From Paraspadella gotoi (lineage: Eukaryota > Animalia > Chaetognatha), in NCBI GenBank assembly GCA_051294375.1, contig CM119271.1, positions 1,936,929-2,000,928 on the forward strand: a DNA stretch of 64,000 nucleotides. The letters are read 5' to 3'. Below are positions 1-29,573 of the stretch, one piece after another (the stretch's first letter is position 1; each line of letters begins with the position of its first letter). The notes beneath the pieces are model-generated. The model did no database searches. It was not told the DNA's origin and saw only the letters and a program-made list of their open reading frames with translations. A program made the position numbers and the translations under genes.

Positions 1-268
1 CAGACGCTAAGGCTCCTGTACAGGCGGGTGGCCGGTACGCCTGGGAACCGACGAGTCTCCTTTAACCGCGTCAATCTGCGCCCAGAGCATGGCCAGCTTC
101 AACTGGTTCCTTCGATGAATACCACGGGCCATGGGCAAAAGCATCGAGCAACAGGCCATCAAAAGCGAAATGTCTTGGGATCTGGAATCGGGATTTTCTT
201 GGCCGTCGTCGCAGTGCTGAAGGATCGTCCGGAGTACTTTGCCCACTCGACTTATAAATCCATGAAGC
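1..268 (+). CDS. Annexin-family internal exon (repeat 3 to linker), with several frameshifts (sequence error or pseudogene)
   Basis: Switching frames gives GTDES...ICAQS...QLQLV...MGKSIEQQAIKSEMSWDLESG...FLAVVAVLKDRPEYFAH..YKSMK, typical annexin repeat motifs. Donor GTGAGT at 269. Confidence 0.7.
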
Positions 269-699
269 GTGAGTTTGCTTGTCCTTTTTTGTTTTTTAGA
301 TTATAATGAGGGAAATTCAACCAAATAAAATACTTGGAATCGATATGAACAAAAGAAAATGGACACACATTTTTCAATTCATCACTGCCTCACTAATGGA
401 ACTTGATAACTAGATACATTGTTTGGTAGTTAAACCATAAACCGGCAAATATAGGCAGTAAAAAAAATGATCGCTATAGCCATACAATCCGGCATATTCA
501 AATTGTGAAAAAATTTTAAGGTTTTTCGCTCTCAACAACATTGGACCAGAGTATGAAAACGTTTCTCTGGCAATGTAAATCTGTATTAAATATGCTATTT
601 GCTTATTATATATTTTTTTCTTTAATAACAATCATGTTAGAGACGGAGAGAGAATGGAGAGAAGCGTAAAATTTCTGACGTATGAGTTATTCTTCACTT

Positions 700-1085
700 T
701 TCTAAAATAAATCCACGAAAATCTCGGATGTAAATTTGGGATAATGGTGATAAAAAAAGTTTTTAGAAGGAAAAAAATAATCAGAATTTTTCAAAAAACG
801 AACGATCACGCAAAAAATCTTAAAAGCATAAAAGATCGAGCCGCTTTCGATAGTAACCAAATATTGATGCGATGAATAACCAAATATTGATGCGATGATA
901 ACCAAATATTGACGCGATGATAACAATATTGATGCGATGATAACAAAATGACTGATGTGATGATAATCAATGATTGATGCGATGATAGTCATTCATTGAT
1001 ATGATGATAATCATTCATTGATACGATGATAGTCATTCATTGATGCGATGATAGTGATTCATTGGACGCGCTGATCATTCATCGT

Positions 1086-1118
<33 letters not shown>

Positions 1119-1710
1119 CTGGACAGTTTTTCCCGCCAACGAAACGCATTATTAGGTTCTCTCTCGTTTATATAAAGAATAATCAGAATTTTTAGAAAAA
1201 AAATCCACGAAAATCTCGGATGTAAATTTGTGATTTTGTATTGAGAAAAAGCGGCGGAATAAATGGCGATAATAAAGTTTTTAGAAGAAAAAAAGAGAGA
1301 GAGAGAGAGAAGAGAGAGAGGGGGAGAGAGAGAGAGAGGAGAGAGAGAAAGAGGAGGGAGAGTGGAGAAAGAGAAGAGAGAGAGAGAGTTTTCCCACCAA
1401 CGAGACGCAATTATTAGGTCACTCTCGTTTATATCGGTTATCCGTTGCCTCGAACGGCGTCGTGAAATTGGGTCTATGTTGATTTTTTTTTATACACGTA
1501 ACGCGTTATTAGGTCATGGTTCTCGACATTGTTTACTTGTTGCTCCGCAATCGACCACGAAATCTAGGTTAAGTAAGTTATTGTATTTTGGGATTTGTAT
1601 TGAGATAAAATAATAAATGGCGATAATAAAAGTTTTTTAGAAGGAAAAAATCCACGAAAATCTCGGAATAAATGGCGATAATAAAGTTTTTTAGAAGGAA
1701 AAAAAAAGAG
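700..1710. repeat. Degenerate repeated segment (AAATCCACGAAAATCTCGGATGTAAATTTG...GGCGATAATAAAGTTTT) interspersed with (GA)n, plus a ~22-bp minisatellite at ~850-1080
   Basis: Similar blocks near 710, 1200, 1555 and 1648, with a partial one near 2270. GATGCGATGATAGTCATTCATT-like units at ~850-1080. Confidence 0.75.
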
Positions 1711-1716
1711 AGAGAA

Positions 1717-1749
<33 letters not shown>

Positions 1750-2190
1750 AAGAGAGATAGAGAGAAAAAGATTGTTTCTTTTTTTAGAGAAGAAACCAGA
1801 CCGAGGTCAAATTTAATATTTGCATATTTAATTAATTTATAAATAGTTAATCACAACTCAAATAATTATTATTTAAAAAAATTAAAAATGATTAAATATA
1901 TACACTAAAAATATTTATAATTTAATAATAGAACAAATTATCAGAATACAAAAAAATAATGTTTAATTTGACTATATCTCTCTATCAACTCCTATTTTAG
2001 ATATAATTTGCCAATAGTGGGCCAACCGGTCCAAAGTTGCAATAATAATAAAAACAATTTTTTTTTTTTTATAATGTGATGCATGCAATTATATTATTCG
2101 CGAAAGTGCTGCATATATAAAGGTCACTTAGCTGATTTAAATGTGATAATGCATATCATTATAAAGTTATTTTCATTTTTTTGAAAAAAT

Positions 2191-2233
<43 letters not shown>

Positions 2234-3093
2234 AAAGAAAAAACCGAATTTCTTTCCAATTATATCTCAGATATAAAATTTGGGATTTTGTATTGAAAAA
2301 AAAAAGCGCGGAATAAATGGCGATAATAAAATTGTTGAGAAGGAAAAAAAAATCAGAATTTTCAAAACAACAGAAACGATCGTAATGAGTGAGAGAGACA
2401 GAAAGACAGAAAGAGAGAGAAAAGAGAGACAGAAAGAGAAAAAAGAGAGACAAAGAGACAGAAAGAAAGAGAAAGCTGGAAGCCAGCTGACAGTCACTGC
2501 AGAACCTGACTCGTTTTTTAAGGGTCTCAGAAAAGCAGCAACTGACAATATAGGAAAGAAAATCTATATATAATTTAAAGAAATAAAAGAAAGGCAAAAA
2601 TATGTTACAATTGTTTACAAATTGGAAATTTTTCCAATTTTTTCCAATCGCAGCTTGTAAAAGATTTAATTTATATTTGTATTAAAATTAAGATATAGCT
2701 TCTCATTTAAAAAAATCCTTTTGAGTTCCCATTTTTATTAAATTTAAAAACAAATTTTTTGAATTTCATCTTCAATATTATATACTGCAATATGTAAATT
2801 AGATTAAAGCATTTCTATATACTAATTTGGATATTATAAGGAGTACTTTAATCTCATTTGCATATTGCAGTAAATCATAATGAAGTGGAAATTCAAACAA
2901 AAAATACTTAAATCAAATGTAATATGAAAATATCACAGCTATTTCAAGATGAAAAGCCATATCTAAATTTTTAACTTACTTGATCGCACACTTTTTGTAA
3001 AACTTTATCATAATTCATAATAATTTTAATTTAAAAAAAACGGTAAGTTCAGCCAAACCTATAAAAGCGTAGTAGTTTTTATATAAAAACAGC

Positions 3094-3125
<32 letters not shown>

Positions 3126-3392
3126 TACGTACAAAAGAAGCAAACCCTAGCATTTATAGAGCGGCTCGATCCCTATTGCTTTTAAGATTTTTTTTTTCTT
3201 TCGGTCTTCTCCAGCCTTACTTTACTCGTCATTCCCATTGAAATCAACAGATATATAGTCTTTTTAACAATTCTTATTTTTTCTTTCCCGCCTTTTTTTA
3301 ACACAGCCTCTCTCTAGTATTCTTCTCTCTCTCTCTTGATTACATTTCTAATAGATTTCCGAATTCTCTTTCAAAAATTACCATCTGCTCTT

Positions 3393-3511
<119 letters not shown>

Positions 3512-3514
3512 CAG

Positions 3515-3637
3515 GTATCCCTCGTCCCCAGTCACGCCTTCCCAAAGATCAAGACTCAAAGATCGACCGCCAGCGAAAAAGACAGATTCCCTCTTTTCAA
3601 CTTCGCCTGCGAATTGTGAGTTTGTTGTCGCCGTTGT

Positions 3638-3669
<32 letters not shown>

Positions 3670-3886
3670 ACGCCGTTGTTGTTGTTGTTGTTGTTGTCGC
3701 CGTTGTTGTTGTTGTTGTCGCCGTTGTTGTTGTTGTTGATGTTGTTTGTTTGTAAATCTACGATAACACAATACTATATTTGAACATTAATTGCAAAACT
3801 AAACTATTATTAAAGGTATGGCTAAAATAGTAAAATTAGACTTCTAAAAAAGACTAAGAAATGATATGAACGGAGATATAAAATAA

Positions 3887-3921
<35 letters not shown>

Positions 3922-4982
3922 TCCGCTTATTTTCTAACATCTGTCCCTATTTGCCAAATCCAAAATTAATGTCTTTCCATCATTTACGCTTTTGGACCGT
4001 TTTTTTTTCATACTCTCTCTCTTCTCTCTCTACTCTCTCTCCTACTCATCGTCTCTACTCTGCCCCCTCTCCCTCCACCCCTCTCTCTCTCCCCTCCGTC
4101 TGCTCTCTCCCTCTCTCAGCCCCTTAACCCCCGAGGTATGCCGTCTTCCCTACGTGGGCGTTCGAATCGTCGCCATGCACAAAACGTCGGTCGCCGGAGT
4201 CTCTCAGGTTTCTTTACTTTTTGCTTTTCTTTCTTTCTTGTTTCGTTTTTAGTTTTTTGCATGTTTATTTGTTTTTGTTTGTTTATATCTTTACGTGATA
4301 AACGGGGGAGGCGGATCCTCGTATCCGCTGACGATATTATTTTGTTTTGTTTGTTTGATTGTTGGTTTGTTTTTTTATTTTTCTGTTTGTTTTTTTTGTT
4401 TCTTGCTGTTATCAATGAAATCGTAGAGTTGTTGTTGTTGTTGTCCTTGATGCTGTTTTTGTTTTGTTGTTTTTGTTTTTGTTGTTAGTTGTCCTTGTTC
4501 TTGTTCGTGTTGTTTTTTGTTTGTCCTTTGTGGTTTGTCCTTTGTGGTTTATCCTTGTTTATCTAATTTTAGTCGTAGTTGTTTTTTGTTTATTGTTTTT
4601 GTTGCATGTTGTTTGTTGTTTGTTGACCATACCGTTGTTGTTGGCCCCCTCTGTGTTTACGGCGATTTCAGCTTCATTACTACCCTCGGGGAGAAAAAAT
4701 AGATGAAAAAAGGCATCGGCCTCCATTTGGAGCCGCTTGGGTCGTAAAAAGCCTCCCCCCCCCCGCCGCCCCCCGGCCTTTCCGTCCCTAAATTGGGGGA
4801 AAATGAGGAAATGAACGAACAGGCGTCTCAGGTGGCGTCGCGCCTGTTCAATCGGAATCTTGAATCGCCTTCGCGCCTGATTCGAGTTTTGCTTATGCTT
4901 AGGTCTTTGTTCATATATTTATAACAATACATATTTCGTTATTGTTCATATGAAATTGGTTTGGTATCGGTGGTTGTTACCT

Positions 4983-5013
<31 letters not shown>

Positions 5014-8000
5014 AATTGTCGTCGTCTTCGATAATTTCGCGACTGTCGTCATCGTCGTAGATTCAAAGATATATTCCCGACTTATTAATTAACGTCATTA
5101 AGTTAACTTATCTTAATCTGGGAAGCTGGGTATCTAGCTTAAGGTAAGTTCTGACTTGTCTCTCATTAGGTAAAAGAGGTAAGTATGTAGAAGTATGTAG
5201 AAGTAGGGTTCGGTATATATTGGTGATAGGTAAGTAGATATAACAAAGGGAACAAGGGTACATAAAAGGGAGCGAAGGGAGAGGGAAAGGTTTGCAGACC
5301 CCGAGACCGAGAGGAAAAGATGTGAGGCCGATCTCCAAGACCCTGATCCTTGATTCGGGGATGAAGAGGAGGGGACGACGAGGGGAGGAGAAGGAGGAGG
5401 CGTTGAGAGGGGGAAGAGAAGGCCCGGGGGAGAGAAAGGTTCTGGCGGTAGGGTGAGTCTCTATCCTGTTTTGTCGTCCAAGTTGTAGCCATATTGCGTC
5501 TTCCATCTCCGTCTGCCTCGTCGCTTTCGTTTCCCTCCACCTCCCGAATCGGCCTTATTTTACCAGAACTTCCCATTTTATCTAAAATTCGGTATTAAAT
5601 TATTTTTTTAAGGTTAAAGATAAGGTTATGGATTAGGTTAAAGTTAGGGTTTTGGTTAGTGATTAAGCTTAAAAATTATAAATGATTATTTACTGTAAGG
5701 GTTACGATTTAGGTTGAAAATTTTGGTTAGAGATTACATTATTAATATCAAATATTAAAATTAAATTCTGGGATAAACCTACAGAAATGGGGTACTCTCG
5801 GAAAAGAGCGCCCCCCCCCCCGGGATCGTCGTCACTGTCGACATTTAAACGATTCGCCGAATTCAATGATGGATGACATTAATGCGGAAAGGAACTCGCG
5901 GCCACGATTATCGCCGTAATTGTCATTGTCGTCGTCATTATCTATGTCGTCGTTATCGTCGTCCTCGTTATATATGTCGTCATTATCGTTTTCGTCGTCG
6001 TTATAGTCATCGTTTTTGTCGTCCTCGTTATCGTCGTCGTAGTCGTTATCGTCGTCATAGTCGTTATCGTCGTCGTTGCCATCATCATCATCATCGTCGT
6101 CGTTTTCGTCGTCCTGGTTATCGCCGTCATTGTGATCGTCCTCATCGTCGTTATCTATGTCGTCGTTATCGTTGTCATTATTGTTGTTTTCGTCGTCCTC
6201 GTTATCGTCGTCATCGTAGTTATCGTTGTCGTCATCATCATTATCGTTGTCGTCATCATCATCATCCTCATTAACGCTGTCATTGTGATCGTTAGCGTCG
6301 TCGTCGTTATCGTTGTCGTCGTCTTTATAGTCGTCGTTTTTGTCGTCCTCGTTGTCGTCGTCATCGTCATTATCGTCGTCATCGTTATAGTTGTCATCAA
6401 AGCCGTCATCATCATCATCGTCGTCTTCGTCGTCATCATCGCAGTCATTGTTAACGTTGTCGTCGTCGTTGTTATCGTCGTGGTTAACATCATAATCATT
6501 ATAATCATCATCATCGTCATCGTCGTCGTCGTTATCATCATCATAGCCTCCCTTCGATTACCTAATGGTTGTTTGTTTACTCTATTGCTTCCTGAATCCT
6601 GATTCTCAGTGGGATGTTCTTTTATTTCCCTCCGTTATCGTCGTTTGCTTCTCAGGTCGGGAGTAATGACTGCTGCGGGTTCGCTCTCTTCCCGACCTCG
6701 ATCCTACCCGGATTGGACGCTGGGTGAGTTAGAGTGGGTTTTGGTGGGGTTGTGTTTATCCTCGGGGTGAGTTGCGCTGTAAGGTGTGAAAAGGTAGTTT
6801 TAATTTTGATAGAAAGTTTTCTTAGCAGCACATAAAAAACGAACATTTTTCCGATAAATTATGTCATTTTGTGACAGGGACGAACATTTATCTGTTGAAT
6901 TATGACATTTTCTGAAAGCAAATTAACTTTTTTCTGATAAATAATGTCATTTTGTAAGAGAAACGAGCGTTTTTTTAATATATGTTATGTCGTTTTGTGA
7001 CCGAAAGCAAGGTTTTTCTGATAAATCATGTCATTTTGTGAGGGCAAACAAACGTTTTTCTGATAAATCATGTCATTTTTTGATCGAAAGCAAGGTTTTT
7101 CTGATAAATCATGTAATTTTATGAGGGCAAACAAACATTTTTCTGATAAATCATATCATTTTGTGACTGAAAGCAAGGTGTTTTTGAAAAATCAAAGTCC
7201 ATTTTGTGAGGGCAACAAACGTTTTTCTGATAAATCATGTCATTTTTTGACCGAAAACAAGGTTTTTCCTGATAAATCATGTAATTTTATGAGGGAAACA
7301 AACGTTTTTCCTGATAAAATCATGTCATTTTTGATCGAAAGCAAGGTTTTTCTGATAAATCATGTAATTTTATGAGGGCAAACAAACGTTTTTCTGATAA
7401 ATCATGTCATTTTGTGACTGAAAGCAAGGTGTTTTTGAAAAAATCAAGTCATTTTGTGAGGGCAAACAAACGTTTTTCTGATAAATCATGTCATTTTTTG
7501 ATCGAAACAAGGTTTTTCTGATAAATCATGTAATTTTATGAGGGCAAACAAAACGTTTTTTCTGATAAATCATGTCATTTTTTGATCGAAAGCAAGGTTT
7601 TTTCTGATAAATCATGTAAATTTTATGAGGGCAAACAAACGTTTTTCTGATAAATCATGTCATTTTTGTGACAGCGAGGAACGTCTTTTCTCCGCGGAGT
7701 CAATTCTGGCGAAACCAAGAAAGGAATCCGCAGCAAGTCTCAAAGCCGCAAGACTGGAACTTACTCTCAGGAGGATTAAAGAGTCGGGTGAGGATTTATA
7801 GCCTGTTGTGGGCGTGGCGAGACGGTTGTGAGAGGGTGAAGGGAGGCTGGGGACAGGGTGGACATTGGGATAGGGTTAAAGCAAGGGTGGGTGGGTTTAG
7901 CAGACAGGGTGGAGTGTGGAAGGGAAGGAGAAGAAAGGGGGAGAATATAAAGAGGAAATACAGAAAGTAAGGAAGAAAAGTAAAGAAAGAAAGACAGAAA

Positions 8001-11000
8001 GAAATCAAAACGAGAACGAGAAAAAAAGAAAAGAAATAATAAAAAAAAAACAACGGGTAAAGATAAGAAAGAGAAAAGAGAATGAAAGAATGAAAAGATA
8101 TCAAAGCGAATATCACCATTAATATTAAAAGTAATAAAATAACAGAAGAAACAAGTTTGAGCAAACAATGTCGGATCTGACGACGATAATTTAGCGGTAA
8201 GCAGCTAACCAGATGGGATGTCCGATGAATGTGACAAGAAAATTCATAAATAAGAGAGAGAGAATCATAACTAATGATAACTAGATCATAACATTATATT
8301 TATAAATCATAACAGATTTTTCAATTAATCAATTAAAAAAATTATTAATCAATCATTTAACCAAATTAACAATCAATCAATCAATAAAAAATATATAGAG
8401 AGAGTAACTTTTTAAAAATGCGTTTTTTGATAAACTAATTTAAACTCTTTTCCACTCCTACTATTCCATCTAAACTTTACATTCAGCTCAATCACACACT
8501 TTCTTACCCACATACAAAATTTTATTCCAATCCAACCACCCAATCACGAATAATTAGAGATTATTAATAAAGTGGGACGGACCTTCAGACCGACAGACAG
8601 ACTGACTGACAGACAGACAGATGGACAGATGGAGGGACGGATATCATTTTTTTCGTATAATTTATCATAATTCGAGGTTCTGATATGATAAAAATGATTT
8701 ACCGACAAGATTTTGGTGTGGGACCGACGGACGGGCAAAGTGATTTATAGAGTCGGAATCTGCGATAAACAGACCCGACAAAGAAAGAATATGAGGCCAT
8801 ATGTCACCCTGTCGTAGACGTAGGTTATTGACCGCTAGTGATCCAGTTGATAATATCGGCGGTGAAAAAAAAAAGCAATAAAGGAGTTTGAAAAGAAGCA
8901 TATTAAGGCCTCTCGACTTTTTTTTTCTTTTATATCTTGTATAGTTTCTTTTCAATTCGTTGTGTTTTGAATTTAGACGAGAGGTTAAGGTAAAATAAAA
9001 AAAAAGCCGAAACATGTCCGATTCTAAATATTATCGTTGTAGTGAATAAATTATTATTTACCTTATTTCTTTTATATCTTTTAATTATTAATCTCGATTA
9101 TATTCTATCTTGTTTTTTTTTCACTCTTCCTCCCCTTCCAACTATCCCTCCCCCAAATATGTATTATCTACCTTCTCCTTCCCACTTCCACTTTCTCCTC
9201 CCCCAACAATTATCCCCTTCTCTCTATCCCTCCCACAAACAATTATTCCCTTCCCCCAATCCTCCCCCCAACAATTATCCCTTTCTCTCTATCCCTCCCC
9301 CCAACAATTATTCCCTTCCCCCAATCCCTCCCCTATCCATAATCCCCTTCCCTCTATCCCTCCCCCACCAAATTGTCCCCCTTTTTCCTCCCACTCCCAC
9401 TATCCCACCCACACCCCCAGACACGAAAGAGATGGTTCGTGTCCTAAAAGCCCGTTCGACCTCCGACAGAATCGCGCAGGAATTCAGCAAGGACTACAAG
9501 AAGCACTTCCATCTGAAAGAGAGAACCGTTCACGCGGAAGGTGAGGCAATTTTGTGCCAAGAAAATGGGGTGAGTTTCTTTTTCAGGGGGAGATATAGGA
9601 CTGCGAGTGGGCGGGACGGGTCTGACGGGGTTCGAGGGGCCAATCTGAAAACTGGTCGATGCGGCCCCATTTAGAATAGGAAACACGTCCTGGGTGTTGA
9701 CCTTTAAAACAGAGCTGATTGATTTATCATTGAATAAATAAAGGAAAAAAATGAATGAAAGACAGAAATGGAAGGATGAATGAATGAATGAATGAATGAA
9801 TGAATAAATGAATGAATGAATGAATGAATGAATGAATGAATGAATGAATGAATGAATTTCCCAGTCGTCGCATTCTTCTCGGACTTACCAGTTCTCGCTT
9901 TCTTTTACTTTTTCGTGTTATCCTTCTTTTCATTTTTTGGTCGGTCTGTCGGTCGGTTTGTCTGTGAGTCGGTCTGTCTGTCTGTCGGTCGTTCAAAACT
10001 CATATAATTTGCCAATAGTTGGTTGCTCATTTGTTAAGACAGGAAAAAACCTCAAATCTAAGTGACTGCTAGCGACGCCTTTAGGAAATCCTAAAACTAT
10101 AAGGCTTAAAATACTGAATTTTGATGCAGTACATGTCATAAAAAAGGTTTTAGGTCATGTCATGTCATACACATGAAAATAAAGTCTCTGCGGCGCAACC
10201 CATTGGAATCACCGTTCTTGTTTTTCATCTTTTTGCCCGAAACCATAACTTCTTATCATTCATCCTACGTGAAGACTGAACATTGAACAAGTCCCTCACA
10301 ATTTCGTCCTTCTTAAATCTTCTGGCAATAAAACAGAAATGGTCGATGAAATAACCCTACAACCGCTCAGAAAAAGTAACAGTTTTAACATCTTTAACAG
10401 TTTTAACATCTTTTTATGGGCTGAAGAAAAAGAACGCTAATTATCGAATTATTTTTGAAAAGAAATGCAAGAATAGTAGATTACTCGATGAACTAATAAG
10501 TTTTTTTTAATATGAATGAATGAACGAACGAATAAATGAATGAACGAATAAATGAAATAATAAATGAGTAGCTTTAAGCCTCCATCATTTAAAGTCAACG
10601 TCAATATCTTTCTTCCCATTTTCTGCTGCTAACGAGGGACACATTTCATGACTTTGAAAAAAAAGAACCAAAAAAGAAAAAAAAACGATATCCTTTAACG
10701 ATTTTTCTCAGCGCTCAACTCCTATTAGCCGAAATATATGTGCTTGGCTCCAGACTTTGGCTAGACGCTTGGCTCGTCGCTTGTTTTATGTTGGGCCATC
10801 GGAATTTTAATTTTACCACAAGAAATATTTGGGCCGGCCTAGTATGAATGCCTGAGGACTGTGAGGAGGCTTAATCACCTCGGGTTCGATCTCTCAGAAT
10901 CCTTAGCTCTGCAATGGAACGGGAAAGGTTTTAAACCTGTCAGTGTCAGAAGGCTGTCACTGACGGTTCGCAGCCCCCTACGCCAGCTGATAAGATTCCC

Positions 11001-11485
11001 TGCGCCCCGGGAATCGCAGGAGATCCTGAAGTGACTGAGAGGAGAATGCGTCGTCGCGCCCCTTGGATGGTGTGTATGGGCCCAACGCTTAATGGGCCCA
11101 GTTGGCTCTGGAAGATTTTCCCGTCAGTTGCCTTGCTTTCCGGAAAGTGGGCTACGTCGGTAGGCTTCCTACCGGTAGTTTAAACGGCCCGTCACTCTTT
11201 TTGCAAGGACCGTTCCGACCAGGGCTAGAACCCGGGACCATTTTTGGGTTCGGAGAAGAAGGACTGTCCAAACTTATGTTTTCGTCCTTTCGTGATTTTT
11301 ATTATTATTTTATTCAATTATATATATATAGTTCGATTCTTTTAATTTCTAATTAATATTCGTCTCGCTCCTTTTCCCCAGATTCGTCGGATCCGAGAGG
11401 AACGCTGACTCGTTCGCCTTTCGCTTCTTTGCGTCGTGCGACTCTGGCGAGAAAATCGAGAGAAGAGCACAAGAATCGGAAATGA
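3515..11485 (+). CDS. UNC13D (Munc13-4)/BAIAP3-like gene, 3' part (C2B domain and tail); exons 3515-3615, 4120-4207, 6656-6723, 7675-7787, 9421-9540, 11382-11485
   Basis: Six exons with AG/GT boundaries and compatible phases give VSLVPSHAFPKIKTQRSTASEKDRFPLFNFACEFPLTPEVCRLPYVGVRIVAMHKTSVAGVSQVGSNDCCGFALFPTSILPGLDAG...LELTLRRIKESDTKEMVRVLKARSTSDRIAQEF...NRK*. This parallels the remembered Munc13-4 C-terminus (LEPRHEFP..TQKHKKDLHPLFDETFEF..PCR..GADDLEGEAFLPL..VPGL..ILQLLEGRKGDREAQVF). The last exon is the least certain. Confidence 0.8.
5555..5810. mobile_element. MITE-like element with an internal degenerate TTAGGG-like array
   Basis: Imperfect inverted ends (..CCCATTT / AAATGGGG..) flank TTAGG/TTAAGG units. 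Related copies occur elsewhere in the window. Confidence 0.5.
5905..6545. repeat. Cryptic trinucleotide array (TCG/TCA/TTA/TTG mix), intronic
   Basis: Continuous 3-periodic low-complexity sequence that yields spurious poly-V/I, poly-T/M and poly-R/H ORFs. Confidence 0.9.
6840..7674. repeat. Minisatellite of ~37-38-bp monomers alternating as A/B dimers
   Basis: Core TTTTCTGATAAATCATGTCATTTT followed alternately by GTGAGGGCAAACAAACG or TGATCGAAAGCAAGG. About 20 monomers, more degenerate at the left. Confidence 0.92.
9140..9415. repeat. Degenerate C-rich ~30-bp tandem repeat
   Basis: Recurring CCCCCAACAATTATCCCCTTCTC-like units just upstream of the exon at 9421. Confidence 0.7.
9935..10225 (+). 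mobile_element. Partial DINE-1/HINE-like (non-autonomous Helentron-type) element
   Basis: GTCY microsatellite, CATGT repeats and an end (CGGCGCAAC...ACCGTTCTTG) shared with copies at 30.8, 44.8, 48.3 and 49.1 kb. Confidence 0.5.
10831..11202 (+). other. Candidate structured RNA or SINE-like element in an intron
   Basis: GC-rich island. The 5' GGGCCG can pair with CGGCCC (11185-11190), which is followed by a T-run. B-box-like GGTTCGATC and several hairpins are present. Confidence 0.35.
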
Positions 11486-11909
11486 GCGGAAATGAGGGGG
11501 GGAAAAAATGGGGGAAAAGACGCACTGTGATCGGGTCTAGCCCGAAAATGGGGGGGGGGGGAAAAAGGAAAAACGCGATATGATCGGACCTGGCGCGAAA
11601 ATAAACAGTTTTTTTCATACAACTAAAGCTAAATACTAAGCTGAAAGTTTTTACCTTTGCATCACCAATTATTTTCTTGAAAAGGGCGTTTTCAAAAAAA
11701 AAAAAAAAAAACAACTGTGAACACTTAATTTTTAATGATCTTGCATGCACTGTCATTCTGGCTTTCCCACCCCCCAAAAAAAAAGAAAAACCTAGCTTGT
11801 TTTAAGATTGTAAAAGTAAAACTAAACACAATCAATTTTGCTATTCCAATTATTCAAACTCATTCATACATTCGTTTTTAATTCGTCGTAGTTGCGATTT
11901 TTTTATTGT

Positions 11910-28779
<16,870 letters not shown>

Positions 28780-29183
28780 CTTCGTCGGAGAAGAAAAAGA
28801 GTAGATATTTAACAATTGTGTTTCAAAACGAATTCAGGAGATCCTGGTGAGAATCGGAAGTGATTTCACGAGTTCGCGGGTGATAAAAAAAAAGTCTGAG
28901 ATGATCTGAGGAGATTTTGAAATTTAAAAATATTGAGTAATTTATTGCAAAGATTCGAATCGATCCTTACCATCTAAAAATGTATGTATTATTGGAGCAA
29001 AAATTTATCAAGAGGATGGAGAAAAAGTGTGAGAGAGAGAAAAAGTTTGAGTGAAAAACCTAAACCCTGGGCTCGACCCTGAATCCCCGGGAGGAGAATG
29101 AGGAGGAGGAAGAGGATGATGAGGAGGGGGTGCTCGTCCTATCAGCTCTTTCTGTTTTTATTTTTAGTTAATGCCATATTGGG

Positions 29184-29573
29184 CACTATTTTTCAAAAGC
29201 GCCCCATTTCTGTTCCTAATCTCTGAACATAATTTTAATAAATTTTTTTAACTCTAACTTATTAACAAATATTTAACTTAATCCTTAACCATAATTCTTA
29301 ACCTTAATCCCTAACCCTAATCCTTAACCATAATCATTAACCCTAATCCTTAACCCTAATCATTAACCCTAATCCTTAACCCTAATCATTAATCCTAATC
29401 CTTAACCCAAATCACTTACCTTATCCCGTAATCGTAATCCCTAAACCTGAGCCTGGCCCAAATCTCCTTACCTAAATTTCTAACCTCACCCTTATCTCTA
29501 ACCCTTAACCCAATCTTTAAATTAAAAAACTTAATTCTGAATTAAAGCTGAAATAAGGCGCTTCCGGAAAATA
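29184..29573. mobile_element. MITE-like element with TIRs and a CCCTAA-like internal array
   Basis: TATTTTTCAAAAGCGCCCCATTTC ... GAAATAAGGCGCTTCCGGAAAATA imperfect inverted ends. Internal CCCTAA/CCTTAA units. Confidence 0.65.

Noticed and set aside
4816-4885. Intronic hairpins (GAACAGGCG/CGCCTGTTC)
   Set aside because: A single 9-bp stem with no family match or second copy is insufficient evidence.
5873-6602. Protamine-like Arg/His-rich ORF and poly-Val/Ile membrane ORF
   Set aside because: Both are translations of a cryptic trinucleotide repeat inside an intron.
9421-9540. Exon first read as an annexin repeat
   Set aside because: Its phase and sequence fit the Munc13-4/BAIAP3 C-terminal helix (VL..R..DR.AQ.F) better.
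10987-11020. Hammerhead ribozyme core (CTGATAA + stem)
   Set aside because: It lacks the CUGANGA and GAAA consensus, and no stems I and III were found.
29270-29520. True telomere or chromosome-fusion site
   Set aside because: The array is short, degenerate and enclosed by inverted ends shared with other dispersed copies.
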